A stretch of 64,000 bases of DNA from a virus. The position numbers were made by a program, and so were the translations under genes. The stretch lies in the IMG/VR virus record IMGVR_UViG_3300044911_003339, positions 1 to 64,000 of that record, one strand, 5' to 3'. The stretch's first letter is position 1; each line of letters opens with the position of its first letter. Below are positions 33,455-43,660 of the stretch, piece by piece. A model generated the notes under the pieces. That model did no database searches and was not told where the DNA came from. It saw only the letters and a list, made by a program, of their open reading frames with translations.

Positions 33455-33463
33455 TGCTAGGCT
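33455..33463 (+). promoter_or_regulatory. extended -10 promoter, leaderless
   Basis: TG-C-TAGGCT 7 nt before ATG 33471. Confidence 0.4.
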
Positions 33464-33470
33464 CGTCCGC

Positions 33471-33890
33471 ATGAGCACCAGCGTCGATTCCGCCAACTCG
33501 ATTCTGAACCTGATCTACCGAGCGGCAGCGTGGGCCGACGTTGCGGAGAACGACGCCTCGTCTCCTGCGACCGTGCTCGACATCGCGCTGCACACCGCCG
33601 CTCCCGCGACGAGCGCGCAGACGAGCAACGAGGCCACGTTCACGAGCTACGCGCGCGTGTCGGTCGCGCGCTCGGGTGCGGGCTGGAGCTTGGCTTCTGG
33701 AGGCTCGCTTCAGAACGCCGCCTTGATCCAGTTCCCCGAGTGCACGGGCGGGTCGAACACCATCACGCACGTCAGCGTCGGCATCTCCGGCACCATCATC
33801 CACTACGGCGCGCTCTCTTCGTCGCGCGCCGTCTCTGCCGGCATCCAGCCGCAGTTCGCGGCCGGCGCGCTGGTCTCGACGATGACCTGA
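33471..33890 (+). CDS. minor tail/fibre-associated protein
   Basis: IALHTAAP...NEAT..SYARVSV...NAALIQFP...ITHVSVG...YGAL pattern common in phage minor tail proteins. Confidence 0.7.
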   Translation: MSTSVDSANSILNLIYRAAAWADVAENDASSPATVLDIALHTAAPATSAQTSNEATFTSYARVSVARSGAGWSLASGGSLQNAALIQFPECTGGSNTITHVSVGISGTIIHYGALSSSRAVSAGIQPQFAAGALVSTMT

Positions 33891-33900
33891 GAGGGGAATC

Positions 33901-34077
33901 ATGAACCACGACACCAAGAACACCGGCTACGCGTGCTCGGTCTGCAAGGCGTCTGCTCTCGTGGTGAACGGGAAGCTGATTCGCTCGTGTGAGCACTCGG
34001 CTCCAGTCCTCGCCGACATGACCGCGACCGTCTCGCAGCACGGTGGGGTCTCCCTCCCGCAGCCGCAGCGGGTGTGA
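33901..34077 (+). CDS. small hypothetical protein
   Basis: MNHDTKNTGYACSVC...CEH; absent from ORF track (58 aa). Confidence 0.55.
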   Translation: MNHDTKNTGYACSVCKASALVVNGKLIRSCEHSAPVLADMTATVSQHGGVSLPQPQRV

Positions 34078-34078
34078 C

Positions 34079-34927
34079 GTGGGCTTCAGCAACTTCGGGT
34101 CGCTGAAGGAGGCTGCGGACTCGGGTCAGGTCCACACAGCGCATCTCCGCAAGGTGCCGTCACAGGCATCCGTTGCGGGCGGCTGGGTCGATCTCTCGAT
34201 GGCGGCTGGGAATCCTCTGCCCAACTACTACGCGAGCAGCCCCTTGGAGGCCGCGGTGCTGAACGGCTTCCGCGGCATCTTCCACGGCGACGCGAAGGCA
34301 CCGGCCACCAAGCACATCCTCGACATCGCGCTCTGCACTCCGACTGCGGCTCTCGTCGGCAACTACCAGCTTCTCGATTACCTGCTCTACTACCCCTTCG
34401 TCGATCTCGACGACCCGGCCGCGCAGGCGATGACGAATCTCGTCACCCTGCCTCGGTACGCAGACGGCGAGGGCGTGCGCGCGATGCTCGTCGCTCTCGC
34501 GCCTACGATCGGTGGAGGCAGCTTCACCTACAGCTACGTGAACTCGCAGGGGCAGGCGAAGTCCTCTCCCGTGATCTCGTGCAACACGTCGGCCGACAGC
34601 ATCGCCACGCTCGTCACGTCGCAGCAGGGCACCGTAGCGGGCGGGACGGTCTTCCTGCCGCTGGCGACCGGCGACACGGGCATCCGTCAGATCACCGGAG
34701 TGCAGATGCTCGTGCCCAACGGCGGGCTCGGTGCGCTCGTGCTCGTGAAGCCGCTCGCAGGCGCGACGGTGCGCGAGATCAACGTGCCCGACGAACGGAA
34801 CTACATGAACGAGATTCCGTGCGCTCCGCAGATCGAGGACGGCGCGTACCTGAATCTCATCGTCAACTGCGCAGGGTCCGTCGCCGCAGGCACGGTGGCG
34901 GGTCGCGCGACCTTCGTCTGGCGGTAG
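34079..34927 (+). CDS. putative virion structural protein
   Basis: FLPLATGDTGIRQI, LVKPLA, PQIEDGAYL; paralogous to the next gene. Confidence 0.65.
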   Translation: MGFSNFGSLKEAADSGQVHTAHLRKVPSQASVAGGWVDLSMAAGNPLPNYYASSPLEAAVLNGFRGIFHGDAKAPATKHILDIALCTPTAALVGNYQLLDYLLYYPFVDLDDPAAQAMTNLVTLPRYADGEGVRAMLVALAPTIGGGSFTYSYVNSQGQAKSSPVISCNTSADSIATLVTSQQGTVAGGTVFLPLATGDTGIRQITGVQMLVPNGGLGALVLVKPLAGATVREINVPDERNYMNEIPCAPQIEDGAYLNLIVNCAGSVAAGTVAGRATFVWR

Positions 34928-34936
34928 AGGTCACAC

Positions 34937-36097
34937 ATGGGATTCACGTCGCAGGATGCGCTCATCAACGCGATTACGACGCTCGGGCAGTACGTGCGTC
35001 GTGAGGGCCAGAAGATCACCTCGCCAGCGCACACCGCGGGCGGCTGGCACATGCTCTTCGGCGGCGCGGGCTACCCGAACGCGACCACCTACCCAGCAGC
35101 CGCGGACCTCGTGTTCCAGGCGTGCACCGAGACCGGAGGCGACGCGGCCGGCGCGACGATTCTGGGGATGCAGCACGGAGGAGTTGTCGAGAGCGGCAGC
35201 GTCACGAAGCACCTTCTCAGCATGGCGGCCCTCGTCGTCGCGGCGGCCGGCGCGCCGTGGCAACTGAAGCTCGTGGACCTTCAGGGCTACTACCGCATCG
35301 CGACGACGAACCTCACAGGCACTGGCTCGCGCACGCTGATCAACACGAACACGTTCACCGCCGACGCGGGCACCGACCTCATCACGTACACGAACGACTG
35401 GTCGAACTTCACGAAGGTGAGGTTTACGACCACGACGACGCTTCCCGCAGGTCTCTCGCTCAACACGGATTACTGGCTCATCCGGCAGAGCACGACGACT
35501 GCGCGTGTCGCTTCGTCGCTCGCAGACGCCATCGCGGGCACGTACATCGACATCACCGACGCAGGCACGGGCACGCACACGCTCACCATCCAGATGCGCG
35601 AGCCGGACGGCGTGGGCTGCGAAGCTGCGTTCGTGATCCAGACGGCTCCTGCGACGGGAGGCCCGAACCTCACGGCGTCGAGCTACACGAACGCGGCCGG
35701 CGCGACCGGGCGTGCGTTCCAGGGCTCGCCGACCTTCGGCGCGGCAGCCGACGCCTACGCGACCCGCATCCCGCACTCGGGCAACGCTGCGGGCCGCTAC
35801 GGACCGTTCCTGCCGAAGCAGGGCGGCGACACGGGCATCCGATCGATCCAGAGCTTCACGCTGAGCGGCGGCACCGCCTACACCGGCACGGGTGTCGCTG
35901 CGCTCACGATCGTCAAGCCGCTCGCCGATATCATGGTGCCCGTCAGCGGTGCGTACTCCGAGCGCGATCTCGTGAATCAGGTGATGTCCCTACCGAGGAT
36001 TCGCGATGGCGCATGCCTTGGCTGGATGATGTTCTCGACGGGCGCGACGACGAGCAACTCGCCTGTGAACACGGTAATCGACGCCGCGTGGGGGTGA
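34937..36097 (+). CDS. putative virion structural protein
   Basis: FLPKQGGDTGIRSI, IVKPLA, PRIRDGACL; has an inserted TTTLPAGLS domain. Confidence 0.65.
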   Translation: MGFTSQDALINAITTLGQYVRREGQKITSPAHTAGGWHMLFGGAGYPNATTYPAAADLVFQACTETGGDAAGATILGMQHGGVVESGSVTKHLLSMAALVVAAAGAPWQLKLVDLQGYYRIATTNLTGTGSRTLINTNTFTADAGTDLITYTNDWSNFTKVRFTTTTTLPAGLSLNTDYWLIRQSTTTARVASSLADAIAGTYIDITDAGTGTHTLTIQMREPDGVGCEAAFVIQTAPATGGPNLTASSYTNAAGATGRAFQGSPTFGAAADAYATRIPHSGNAAGRYGPFLPKQGGDTGIRSIQSFTLSGGTAYTGTGVAALTIVKPLADIMVPVSGAYSERDLVNQVMSLPRIRDGACLGWMMFSTGATTSNSPVNTVIDAAWG

Positions 36098-36100
36098 ACC

Positions 36101-37255
36101 GTGGCGCTCATCCGCAACGGCGTGTCGCTCAACTCGAATCCGATGCGCGTCGGGGGAGGACCGAACGTCAACTCGATCAACCGACCCATCGGGCCGGGCG
36201 CGCAGCGTGGCTTCTACGCAGGCGAGGGCACGGTCGTCAGCGGAGCATCGATCGCCGACACGGCGGCGTTCCCCAACGGCTACGAGGGCGGGACAGCGTG
36301 GCTTCTCGCGCCCCGAGGCGGCGGTCTCTCCGCCTACACGACGTTCACGCACCCGAACGTCGTCACCGCGGCGCTCGCCTCGGGCATCAACATCGGGGCG
36401 ACGCTCACGTCAGACGGCACGATCACGACCGCTGCGATTCAGGCGCTCGCGAATCTCGTCTCTACGCTCACGGCGAACGGCGCGGTCACGACCGCGGCGA
36501 TCACGACTCTCTCGAATCTCGTCGCGTCGCTGACGGCGACGACCACAGTCACCGCTGCGATTCAGGCGCTCGCGAACCTCGCAGCAACACTCACGGCTGA
36601 CGGCTCGATCTCGAACGCAGAGCTTTCACTCGTCGTCGGGCTCGCGTGCTCGATGGTCTCCGACGGTTCGATCTCGACGGCGAACCTGAAGCTCGTCGTC
36701 GGAATCGTATGCGCCATGCTCTCCGACTGCGGCGTGAGCGGCACCCTCACCGCTCCGGCCAACCTCGCGGCGACGCTGCTCGCATCCAACAACGTGACGG
36801 GTGCGCTCTCTGCTCTGAGTAATCTGATCTGCGAGATGACCGCGAACGGATCGCTCGTCGCGTCGCTGCGAGGCACTCTGAGCATGAGCGCTGTGCTCAC
36901 GACTGCCGGAAGCTCGACGGACGCTCCCACGCCAGCGGAGATTGCTGTTGCCGTCTGGCAGTACGTCCTGAGCGGTGTGACGGCAGGCGACCGCTTGTCG
37001 GAGGTCACCGCGGCCCGGATGTCGCTGCTCTCGACCGAACTCGACCCCTCGCTGTCCGGCAGCACGGCGGCGCAGATGGTGCTCGCGCGGAAGATCCTGC
37101 ACAATCGCCTGGAAGTGGACATCGGCTCGCAACGGCTGGTGCTCTACGACGACGACAACACGACCGTGCTGAAGCGCTGGCCGCTCCAGACCACCGGAGG
37201 CGAGCCGGTCACCACCTCGCCTGGTGTGCAGACGAAGAGAAGGGCTCCGACGTGA
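36101..37255 (+). CDS. putative fibre-like structural protein
   Basis: About 23-aa repeats (TAAIQALANL..TLTA.G); TPAEIAVAVW; LYDDDNTTVL. Confidence 0.6.
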   Translation: MALIRNGVSLNSNPMRVGGGPNVNSINRPIGPGAQRGFYAGEGTVVSGASIADTAAFPNGYEGGTAWLLAPRGGGLSAYTTFTHPNVVTAALASGINIGATLTSDGTITTAAIQALANLVSTLTANGAVTTAAITTLSNLVASLTATTTVTAAIQALANLAATLTADGSISNAELSLVVGLACSMVSDGSISTANLKLVVGIVCAMLSDCGVSGTLTAPANLAATLLASNNVTGALSALSNLICEMTANGSLVASLRGTLSMSAVLTTAGSSTDAPTPAEIAVAVWQYVLSGVTAGDRLSEVTAARMSLLSTELDPSLSGSTAAQMVLARKILHNRLEVDIGSQRLVLYDDDNTTVLKRWPLQTTGGEPVTTSPGVQTKRRAPT

Positions 37256-39552
37256 AGATTCGCAAGTCGATCACACAGGGGCTCAACGAGGTCGGCGGGC
37301 AGGTCTCTCAGGGCCTCAACGTCGGTGGCGCGGTCCCCGCCTCAGAACCGGCAAGCACGGGCTTCGTGCTGATCCAGGAACCGGCGCGGCACCCGAGTCG
37401 CCGGTTCCCGCACATGCAGACCGAGAGGCTTCGTCGCCTCGCGGAAGCAGGACTCGGCGAGACGCAGCGCTTCGTGCGCAGAATCTCGCAGACGGAGGAA
37501 GAGGGCACGCGCCCCGCTCCTCACGTCCTCTCGCCCGAGGACGTGACGCGACAACTGGGAGTGCCGCTCGACCTCGAACAGAAGATTCACGCCATCGTGC
37601 GTGAATCGATTCCTCCGAGCGACGGATCGAAGATCGTGGACGTGAAGCGCTTCGGCAGCGCTCGAACGCGACTCCTCGACTTCATGCGGAGACAGAAGGT
37701 CACCCTCGACTCGGACCTTCGCGCAGAGATCATGCGTCGCGCCCTTCACTACTGGCGAGCAAACTTCCGCGTCGATTACGGACGCACCCCGGAGATGCGC
37801 ATGGGCAAGGCACTGGTGATCCCCAAGCAGCGCTTCGTGCTCATGAAGGGCCCGAAGGTAGAAGCCCCTGGCGCGAGCCCGACGGGTCGAGTCTCGATGC
37901 ACCCGATGCACGTGGACGCGTCGTCGGGGAAGGTCGGCCACAAGTACATCGCGCGCAAGCCCGATGGGCATGGCGGCTGGCTCTACAAGTACCCCGGCGA
38001 CACCGAGTTCCGCCCCGGCGCGGGAATCGAAGAGGGGCACACGCAGGCCCCCGAGGGCGCGCACCTCGGCGTGCACGAGAGCGGATTCCGCCCGACGCAC
38101 GAGCGCCACGCGGACGGTGGGCACACGTTCCACTTCGGAGAGGACGTGTCCGCCCACATCCCGGCCAACGCGGACCGCGAGCACCACCGGAAGGAGCACG
38201 CGAAGCACGGGGCCGCCTACAAGAAGGCGATGGCCGAGGGCAACGAGGAGAAGGCCAAGGGGCACCTGCGCGCCTACCAGATGCACGCCGAGGCCCACAA
38301 CCGCGCCCTCTCGGCCGAGCGCAAGGCCGCGAAGACGGGCATGGCTCCGCCAGGGCACGGGCTGCCTCCTGACGTGGGCAGTCAGGTCGAGGGCAAGCCC
38401 CAGAAGCAGCCCCCCGGAGCAGGCGGTCCTGCTACGATGCCCGGTGCCCCTGGCGGCTCTCCAGGCCAGCGACCTCCTACGCAGGGCGGGATGGCCGCTG
38501 GGGGCGCTCCGATGACTCCTGGGGGCGCAGGGGAGCCCCCGCAGGGCTTCGCAGCCCGCACGCCTCCCGGAGCCGACGTGGGGCAGTACCGCCAGCATCT
38601 CCAGGCCGCGAGCGACGCGATGTCGAACCTCGCGGCGACGCATGCGCACGTCGCGGACCTCGACGCCCGCATCAAGACCGTGAAGGCGGATCGCTCGCTG
38701 CACCCGCGCATGAAGAAGCAACTCGCGGCGCAGCTACAGGCGGAGAAGGCGCAGGCGGAGCTTGACCGATTCCAGCACGAGGACGCGCACGACGCGGCCA
38801 TGGAGCAACTGAAGTCGATTCACTCCGCGCTCCGAAAGGAGAAGCTGAAGCACCACCCGATCGTGAAGATGATCGACGGGCTGCTGAAGCTCATGCAGAG
38901 CTTCGCGTCGAAGATGGGCCACGGGCCGAACCCGAAGGGCGAAGAGGGCGCGAGCCCCAACGAGCGCCAGCGGGTCGTGGACTTCTACAGCGCCCGTTCC
39001 GACGCAGCCGGCGAGGCGAAGGCCGGCGCAGGCGGCGAGGAGTTCAAGCCACGCGAGCGTACGCTCTCGCTGCGCGCTCCCACCGACACGGGCGGAGCCA
39101 AGCCCGTCGGAGAGAATCCCGCTGCGAGCCCCGCGACCCTCGCACAGAAGCGCGAGGCTCCGAAGACGGCGGCGAGCGACAGCACGTGGGACGCGGACCT
39201 CGCGAGCGCGAAGGCGAAGCGTGACGAGACCGAGCGTGCTGCGAGTCAGGCTGGCGACACGTGGCGGAATCGCCAGATCGCGCAGGGCAAGGACACGCAG
39301 GGCATGCTGCGTGAGCAGCTTCGCGCTCCCACGGAGACCTCGGAGGCCAAGACGGCAGCGCCGAAGCGCCCGACTGCGGCGGGCACGGTCGCGCCGCGGA
39401 AGCGGGCCGCGAAGTCGGCGACCGAGGCGGACCTCATCGATCTCCGCAAGGCGCTCGCGCTCGCGCACGAGGGCCTGCGTGAGACCGCGCTGACCGACAA
39501 GCGAATCGTCTTCACGCCCCCGACCGAGCGCCGCGTGCGCCTGGAGTGGTGA
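37252..39552 (+). CDS. large low-complexity putative internal head protein
   Basis: HKYIARKPDGHGGWLYKYP tag; K-[SAG] sites; His-rich and Pro/Gly-rich segments. Confidence 0.6.
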   Translation: MKIRKSITQGLNEVGGQVSQGLNVGGAVPASEPASTGFVLIQEPARHPSRRFPHMQTERLRRLAEAGLGETQRFVRRISQTEEEGTRPAPHVLSPEDVTRQLGVPLDLEQKIHAIVRESIPPSDGSKIVDVKRFGSARTRLLDFMRRQKVTLDSDLRAEIMRRALHYWRANFRVDYGRTPEMRMGKALVIPKQRFVLMKGPKVEAPGASPTGRVSMHPMHVDASSGKVGHKYIARKPDGHGGWLYKYPGDTEFRPGAGIEEGHTQAPEGAHLGVHESGFRPTHERHADGGHTFHFGEDVSAHIPANADREHHRKEHAKHGAAYKKAMAEGNEEKAKGHLRAYQMHAEAHNRALSAERKAAKTGMAPPGHGLPPDVGSQVEGKPQKQPPGAGGPATMPGAPGGSPGQRPPTQGGMAAGGAPMTPGGAGEPPQGFAARTPPGADVGQYRQHLQAASDAMSNLAATHAHVADLDARIKTVKADRSLHPRMKKQLAAQLQAEKAQAELDRFQHEDAHDAAMEQLKSIHSALRKEKLKHHPIVKMIDGLLKLMQSFASKMGHGPNPKGEEGASPNERQRVVDFYSARSDAAGEAKAGAGGEEFKPRERTLSLRAPTDTGGAKPVGENPAASPATLAQKREAPKTAASDSTWDADLASAKAKRDETERAASQAGDTWRNRQIAQGKDTQGMLREQLRAPTETSEAKTAAPKRPTAAGTVAPRKRAAKSATEADLIDLRKALALAHEGLRETALTDKRIVFTPPTERRVRLEW

Positions 39553-40262
39553 TGTCCAGCAAGGCCGAAGCCGTCGTCGTCGCGAAGGCGCTCGCGCTCA
39601 TGGGCAAGCGAGGTCGCCGAGGTCCCGTCGAGGACGAGGTGGCTCCGCGTCGCGCGAGCACGAAGCTCCATCGAGGCCGGAAGATGCCGGCCGAGCCTGC
39701 GTCTCGCTGGCCTCACAGCGCGAAGCGGCCGAAGGCCGTCGTCCAGCCCGACCTCACAGAGCCCGGTGTGCAAGGTCGCCCGCCGAAGTCGAGCGAGACG
39801 CCCGTCTACGGCAAGGGCTCGACCATCGGACCCGGACCAGGCGGCGGAGGGATTCTCGGCAAGCGGAAGGGGAAGCGCCCCTACGCACGCTCGCCGAAGT
39901 ACACGACGCTCGACATGATGGCGGCCGATCTCCACGGCAAGGTCGTCGGCCCGATGGGGTCGAAGGAGAACTCAGGCACCAGCTACGGGCCCGGCCCTGG
40001 ATGGAACTCGAACCCGATGCCGGACTTCGGCGACATGTTCCCCGGCCGAGACCCGAAGGGGTCGGAACGCGAGGAGACGAAGGCGCAAGCGAATCGCATG
40101 GTCTCGAATCGCAAGCGCAACGAGGGTACGATGGGGTTTCACGGAACCCCTCCCAAGCCGACGCTTCGGGCTGAAGCGAAGGAGCAGTTCTTCATCACCG
40201 CGACGCGCGAGAGCGAGAACAAGCCTCGCCTCTACGCGCGCGTCGGCTACAAGAGGTCGTGA
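39552..40262 (+). CDS. basic Pro/Gly-rich putative internal head protein
   Basis: Very K/R-rich, disordered; VVAKA site near N-terminus. Confidence 0.55.
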   Translation: MSSKAEAVVVAKALALMGKRGRRGPVEDEVAPRRASTKLHRGRKMPAEPASRWPHSAKRPKAVVQPDLTEPGVQGRPPKSSETPVYGKGSTIGPGPGGGGILGKRKGKRPYARSPKYTTLDMMAADLHGKVVGPMGSKENSGTSYGPGPGWNSNPMPDFGDMFPGRDPKGSEREETKAQANRMVSNRKRNEGTMGFHGTPPKPTLRAEAKEQFFITATRESENKPRLYARVGYKRS

Positions 40263-43200
40263 TGCCGCTCGGTCACAAGTACATCTCGCGCAAGCGCAAC
40301 GCTTCTGGCGGTTACGATTACGTCTACCCGCATCCCACGACGGGTGAACGCGTTCGCATCCGCACTTCCCTGCGTCTCGACGGCGAGCATCGCTCGGTCA
40401 CGGCCGAGAATCCCGAAGACCGCACGATGTCGGCGACAGCCTGGTCGCGTCGCGGGGCAGACGGCAAGACGCTGACCGAGGCTCACTCTGCGCTCGACGA
40501 GGCCGAAGCTCCGATTCATCGCGCCGCGGTCGCTGACACGATGAACCGGAAGAAGACGATCACGCGCCTCTCGCACAAGACCTCCAGCTACGGCGAGAAG
40601 CACGGCATCGGCCCTGACGACAAGGGAGGCTCTGCGGTTCGTGACGCCGCACGCAAGGCGGCGTGGGCTGCTTCCGAGCCGCCCACTGGAGGCCACACCC
40701 GCGAGACGCACGAGAAGGCCGCGAAGGCGCACGAACACGCCGCGAAGCTCGAACGCGAGGCCGGGCGACGTGATGGCTACGTGAGGCACGCTTCGATGGC
40801 CGAGCAGCATCGCAACGCGATGGAGCGGCTGGGCTCCTCAGAATCCGATTCACCAGTCTATCCGTTCTGGGTCCGCAACCAGAGGACCGGGGTCTCCGAG
40901 GGATTCAAGACGCGTGAGCAGGCCGACACGCACCTGCGGCACTACGTGAAGAATCCCGAGGACCACATCATCGAGCAGGTCGGCGCGAAGGGTCCGAAGG
41001 TCAACGTGGACCACCTGCTCTCCGGCAACATGGGAATCCCGCGCATCGAGATGCCGCAGATCCGTTCCTTCAAGCTGCCCGAGTTCCTCTCCAAGCTGGA
41101 GAAGAAGGGCATCAAGGCGACGAAGGGTGAGCGCGCAGTCGGCTCGCTGAAGCCGACGCAGAACGAGATCCACGGCGAGCGCGTCCAGGAGATCATCGAA
41201 GACCCGAAGGAGCGAGAGAATCTCGCGAAGCAGATCATCATCTCGAACGACGGCTTCATCCTCGATGGGCACCATCGCTGGGCAGCGCTCACGACGATCG
41301 ACCCGAAGGCGAAGATCAAGACGCTCCATGTGGACATGCCGATGCGCTCTCTGCTGAAGGAGGCGCACGCGTTCGAGGGTGTGGAGTACCAGAAGAGCGA
41401 ACAGGAGACGGACATGGGCGGCGACCTCATCGACAACCTCGAACTGCTCGCGAAGGGCGACACGCTCGTCGGCTTCTACTCGCCCGGTGTCGCTCGCGGC
41501 GGCAAGTACTACCGCCGAGTCCCGACCGGGAATCCGAAGCACCCGTGGAGGTACTTCTACACGGAGGCGGAGTACAAGGACGCGATGAAGGACGCTTCGC
41601 ACGTCGGCGGGACCGAGGCGAAGCGGGCGCGCGTGAAGAAGCGCGTCTTCGTGAGCGAGAAGGAGGCGCGCGAGAAGTACGGCCTTCCTGGTACGACGAA
41701 GGAGCTTCACGCGCCGGACGGGAACTACCCGCCCGAGCGGAAGAAGCTCCACGAGGAGATCATCTCGCACTTCCTCGACGGCAAGGGGAAGCCCCCCGCA
41801 GGCAAGAAGCCCGTCGCGCTGCTCACCGTCGGAGGTCCGGCCGCGGGCAAGTCCACGCTGCTGAAGCACCTCGGCGAGAACCTCGACGATTACGTGATGA
41901 TCGCCGCCGACGACGTGAAGGAGAAGCTCCCCGAGTTCCAGCGCGCGCTCAACCTCGGGAATCGCAAGGTGACGCAGCCCGACGGCTCGGTCACGAGCGT
42001 GCCAGTCACGGCGAGCCACTCGGGCTGGATGGCGCACGACGAGAGCACGGACATCTCCGACGAACTGGAGAAGCGCGTCATCGCCTCGGGCAAGTCGGCC
42101 ATCTTCGACGGCACGGGCAAGAACGTCCCGAAGATGCTCGCGAAGATCGCCGCGCTGAAGAAGGCCGGCTACCACGTGCGCGTGGTGATGCCGCACGTGC
42201 CGATGGGCGAAGCGATCAAGCGGCTGCACTCGCGCTCGGAGGACACGGGCCGCACGCTGCCCGTCGATGCGGCGATCGACATGCACCGGAAGATTCCGGG
42301 CAACTTCGAAGCCATCGCTCGCGCTGCCGACGACTTCTCGCTCTTCAAGTCGGGCAACCCGCCGAAGCCGATCTGGACGGGCGGCGCGGGTCAGGAGGAC
42401 AAGATCCACGACCACGAGGAGATGTCGAAGTTCAACCTCGCGCGAGGACTGCACCAGGACATCGGCGCAGAGGAGAAGGCGGGCGGAATCTACAAGAAGA
42501 GCGAGGACCCCGAAGCGCTCGACGCGACCGGCCCGAAGCAGCCGCACCACACCATGAACGAGTTCATGGAGATCCTCTCGCGCTGGAACGGCTCCATCGA
42601 CAACCACGAGGACGGCCGGAGCAAGGTGCCGCACGACGGCGACATCGAGGACGGCCTCGCGGACGTGATTCCCGACGCGGAGGACGAGACCGTCAAGCAC
42701 CTGAAGCGTCGTGCTCCGAAGGCCAAGAAGGCGAAGGGCGCTCGCTTCATGGAGCGAGGCGAGGTCGAGAAGAGCGGCGACCTCATCGACTCGCTGGAAG
42801 CTCTCGTGAAGGGCGGCGAGGCTGCGGGGCACAAGCTGGTGCACTCGGAGAATCCGCGTGCGCACGGAGGAGACGTGACGAAGAGCGACCGCTCGCGTCG
42901 CCTGGAGGAGAAGATCATGAGCGACGAGATGCAGAAGGGCCTCTACCAGTTCCAAGGTCTCGGCTCGGGCGAGGTCCCGGACCAGTACCTCTACGATTAC
43001 CTCTGCGCGTTCGTCGAAGAGGCGTACGAGCACGAGCGGCAGGAGAAGGTGCACCAGAACACGCTCGTGCCGCCGTCGAGCACGGGGGCGAGCATCGAGG
43101 ACGTGTGGGCGACCGCCGTCTTCAACGAACTCGTCAGCATGATGGGCTCGAACGCGAACCTGAAGCGCGCGGCGGTGAAGTACAACGTCACGAAGGACGT

Positions 43201-43624
43201 GATCGCGCACATCCTCCGCAGCAAGGGCCTCGTGCGCCCCTTCTCCGACGCCGGCACGTGGACGAGCGACTACGACTCGATGCGCGCGATGGACGGCGAG
43301 GGCGTCACGCGCCCGCTCGTGCTCTCCGAGTCGGCCCGCGCGCAGTACCGCGACATCGTGCCGGATCCGTTCGGGCACAACGTCGGAGTCGCGCTCGCGA
43401 AGGCCGAGCCCGCGCCGACCGCGCCGCTCTTCATCGACGATTCCCACGACCCGCACGGGAATCTCGCGAAGGCCGAGCGTGCTCGCCTCGCACTCGTGGA
43501 CTACCGGCAGAACGCCGAGTGGCGGCCGAACGTCTCGCCGACGTGTATGATCCACGGCAGCGCGGATCTCACGAAGTCGATGAATCTCTCGAACCCGCAC
43601 GCTCGCTGCACCTGCCCGCGCTGA
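40262..43624 (+). CDS. polyvalent protein: ParB-like domain plus zeta-toxin-like P-loop kinase plus unknown C-terminal domain
   Basis: LKPTQ...IIISNDGFILDGHHRWAA; GGPAAGKST, IAADDVKEKLP, IFDGTG. Confidence 0.85.
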   Translation: MPLGHKYISRKRNASGGYDYVYPHPTTGERVRIRTSLRLDGEHRSVTAENPEDRTMSATAWSRRGADGKTLTEAHSALDEAEAPIHRAAVADTMNRKKTITRLSHKTSSYGEKHGIGPDDKGGSAVRDAARKAAWAASEPPTGGHTRETHEKAAKAHEHAAKLEREAGRRDGYVRHASMAEQHRNAMERLGSSESDSPVYPFWVRNQRTGVSEGFKTREQADTHLRHYVKNPEDHIIEQVGAKGPKVNVDHLLSGNMGIPRIEMPQIRSFKLPEFLSKLEKKGIKATKGERAVGSLKPTQNEIHGERVQEIIEDPKERENLAKQIIISNDGFILDGHHRWAALTTIDPKAKIKTLHVDMPMRSLLKEAHAFEGVEYQKSEQETDMGGDLIDNLELLAKGDTLVGFYSPGVARGGKYYRRVPTGNPKHPWRYFYTEAEYKDAMKDASHVGGTEAKRARVKKRVFVSEKEAREKYGLPGTTKELHAPDGNYPPERKKLHEEIISHFLDGKGKPPAGKKPVALLTVGGPAAGKSTLLKHLGENLDDYVMIAADDVKEKLPEFQRALNLGNRKVTQPDGSVTSVPVTASHSGWMAHDESTDISDELEKRVIASGKSAIFDGTGKNVPKMLAKIAALKKAGYHVRVVMPHVPMGEAIKRLHSRSEDTGRTLPVDAAIDMHRKIPGNFEAIARAADDFSLFKSGNPPKPIWTGGAGQEDKIHDHEEMSKFNLARGLHQDIGAEEKAGGIYKKSEDPEALDATGPKQPHHTMNEFMEILSRWNGSIDNHEDGRSKVPHDGDIEDGLADVIPDAEDETVKHLKRRAPKAKKAKGARFMERGEVEKSGDLIDSLEALVKGGEAAGHKLVHSENPRAHGGDVTKSDRSRRLEEKIMSDEMQKGLYQFQGLGSGEVPDQYLYDYLCAFVEEAYEHERQEKVHQNTLVPPSSTGASIEDVWATAVFNELVSMMGSNANLKRAAVKYNVTKDVIAHILRSKGLVRPFSDAGTWTSDYDSMRAMDGEGVTRPLVLSESARAQYRDIVPDPFGHNVGVALAKAEPAPTAPLFIDDSHDPHGNLAKAERARLALVDYRQNAEWRPNVSPTCMIHGSADLTKSMNLSNPHARCTCPR

Positions 43625-43660
43625 ACGCGCAGGAGTCGCCCCGAGGCGTAGAGGAGACGC

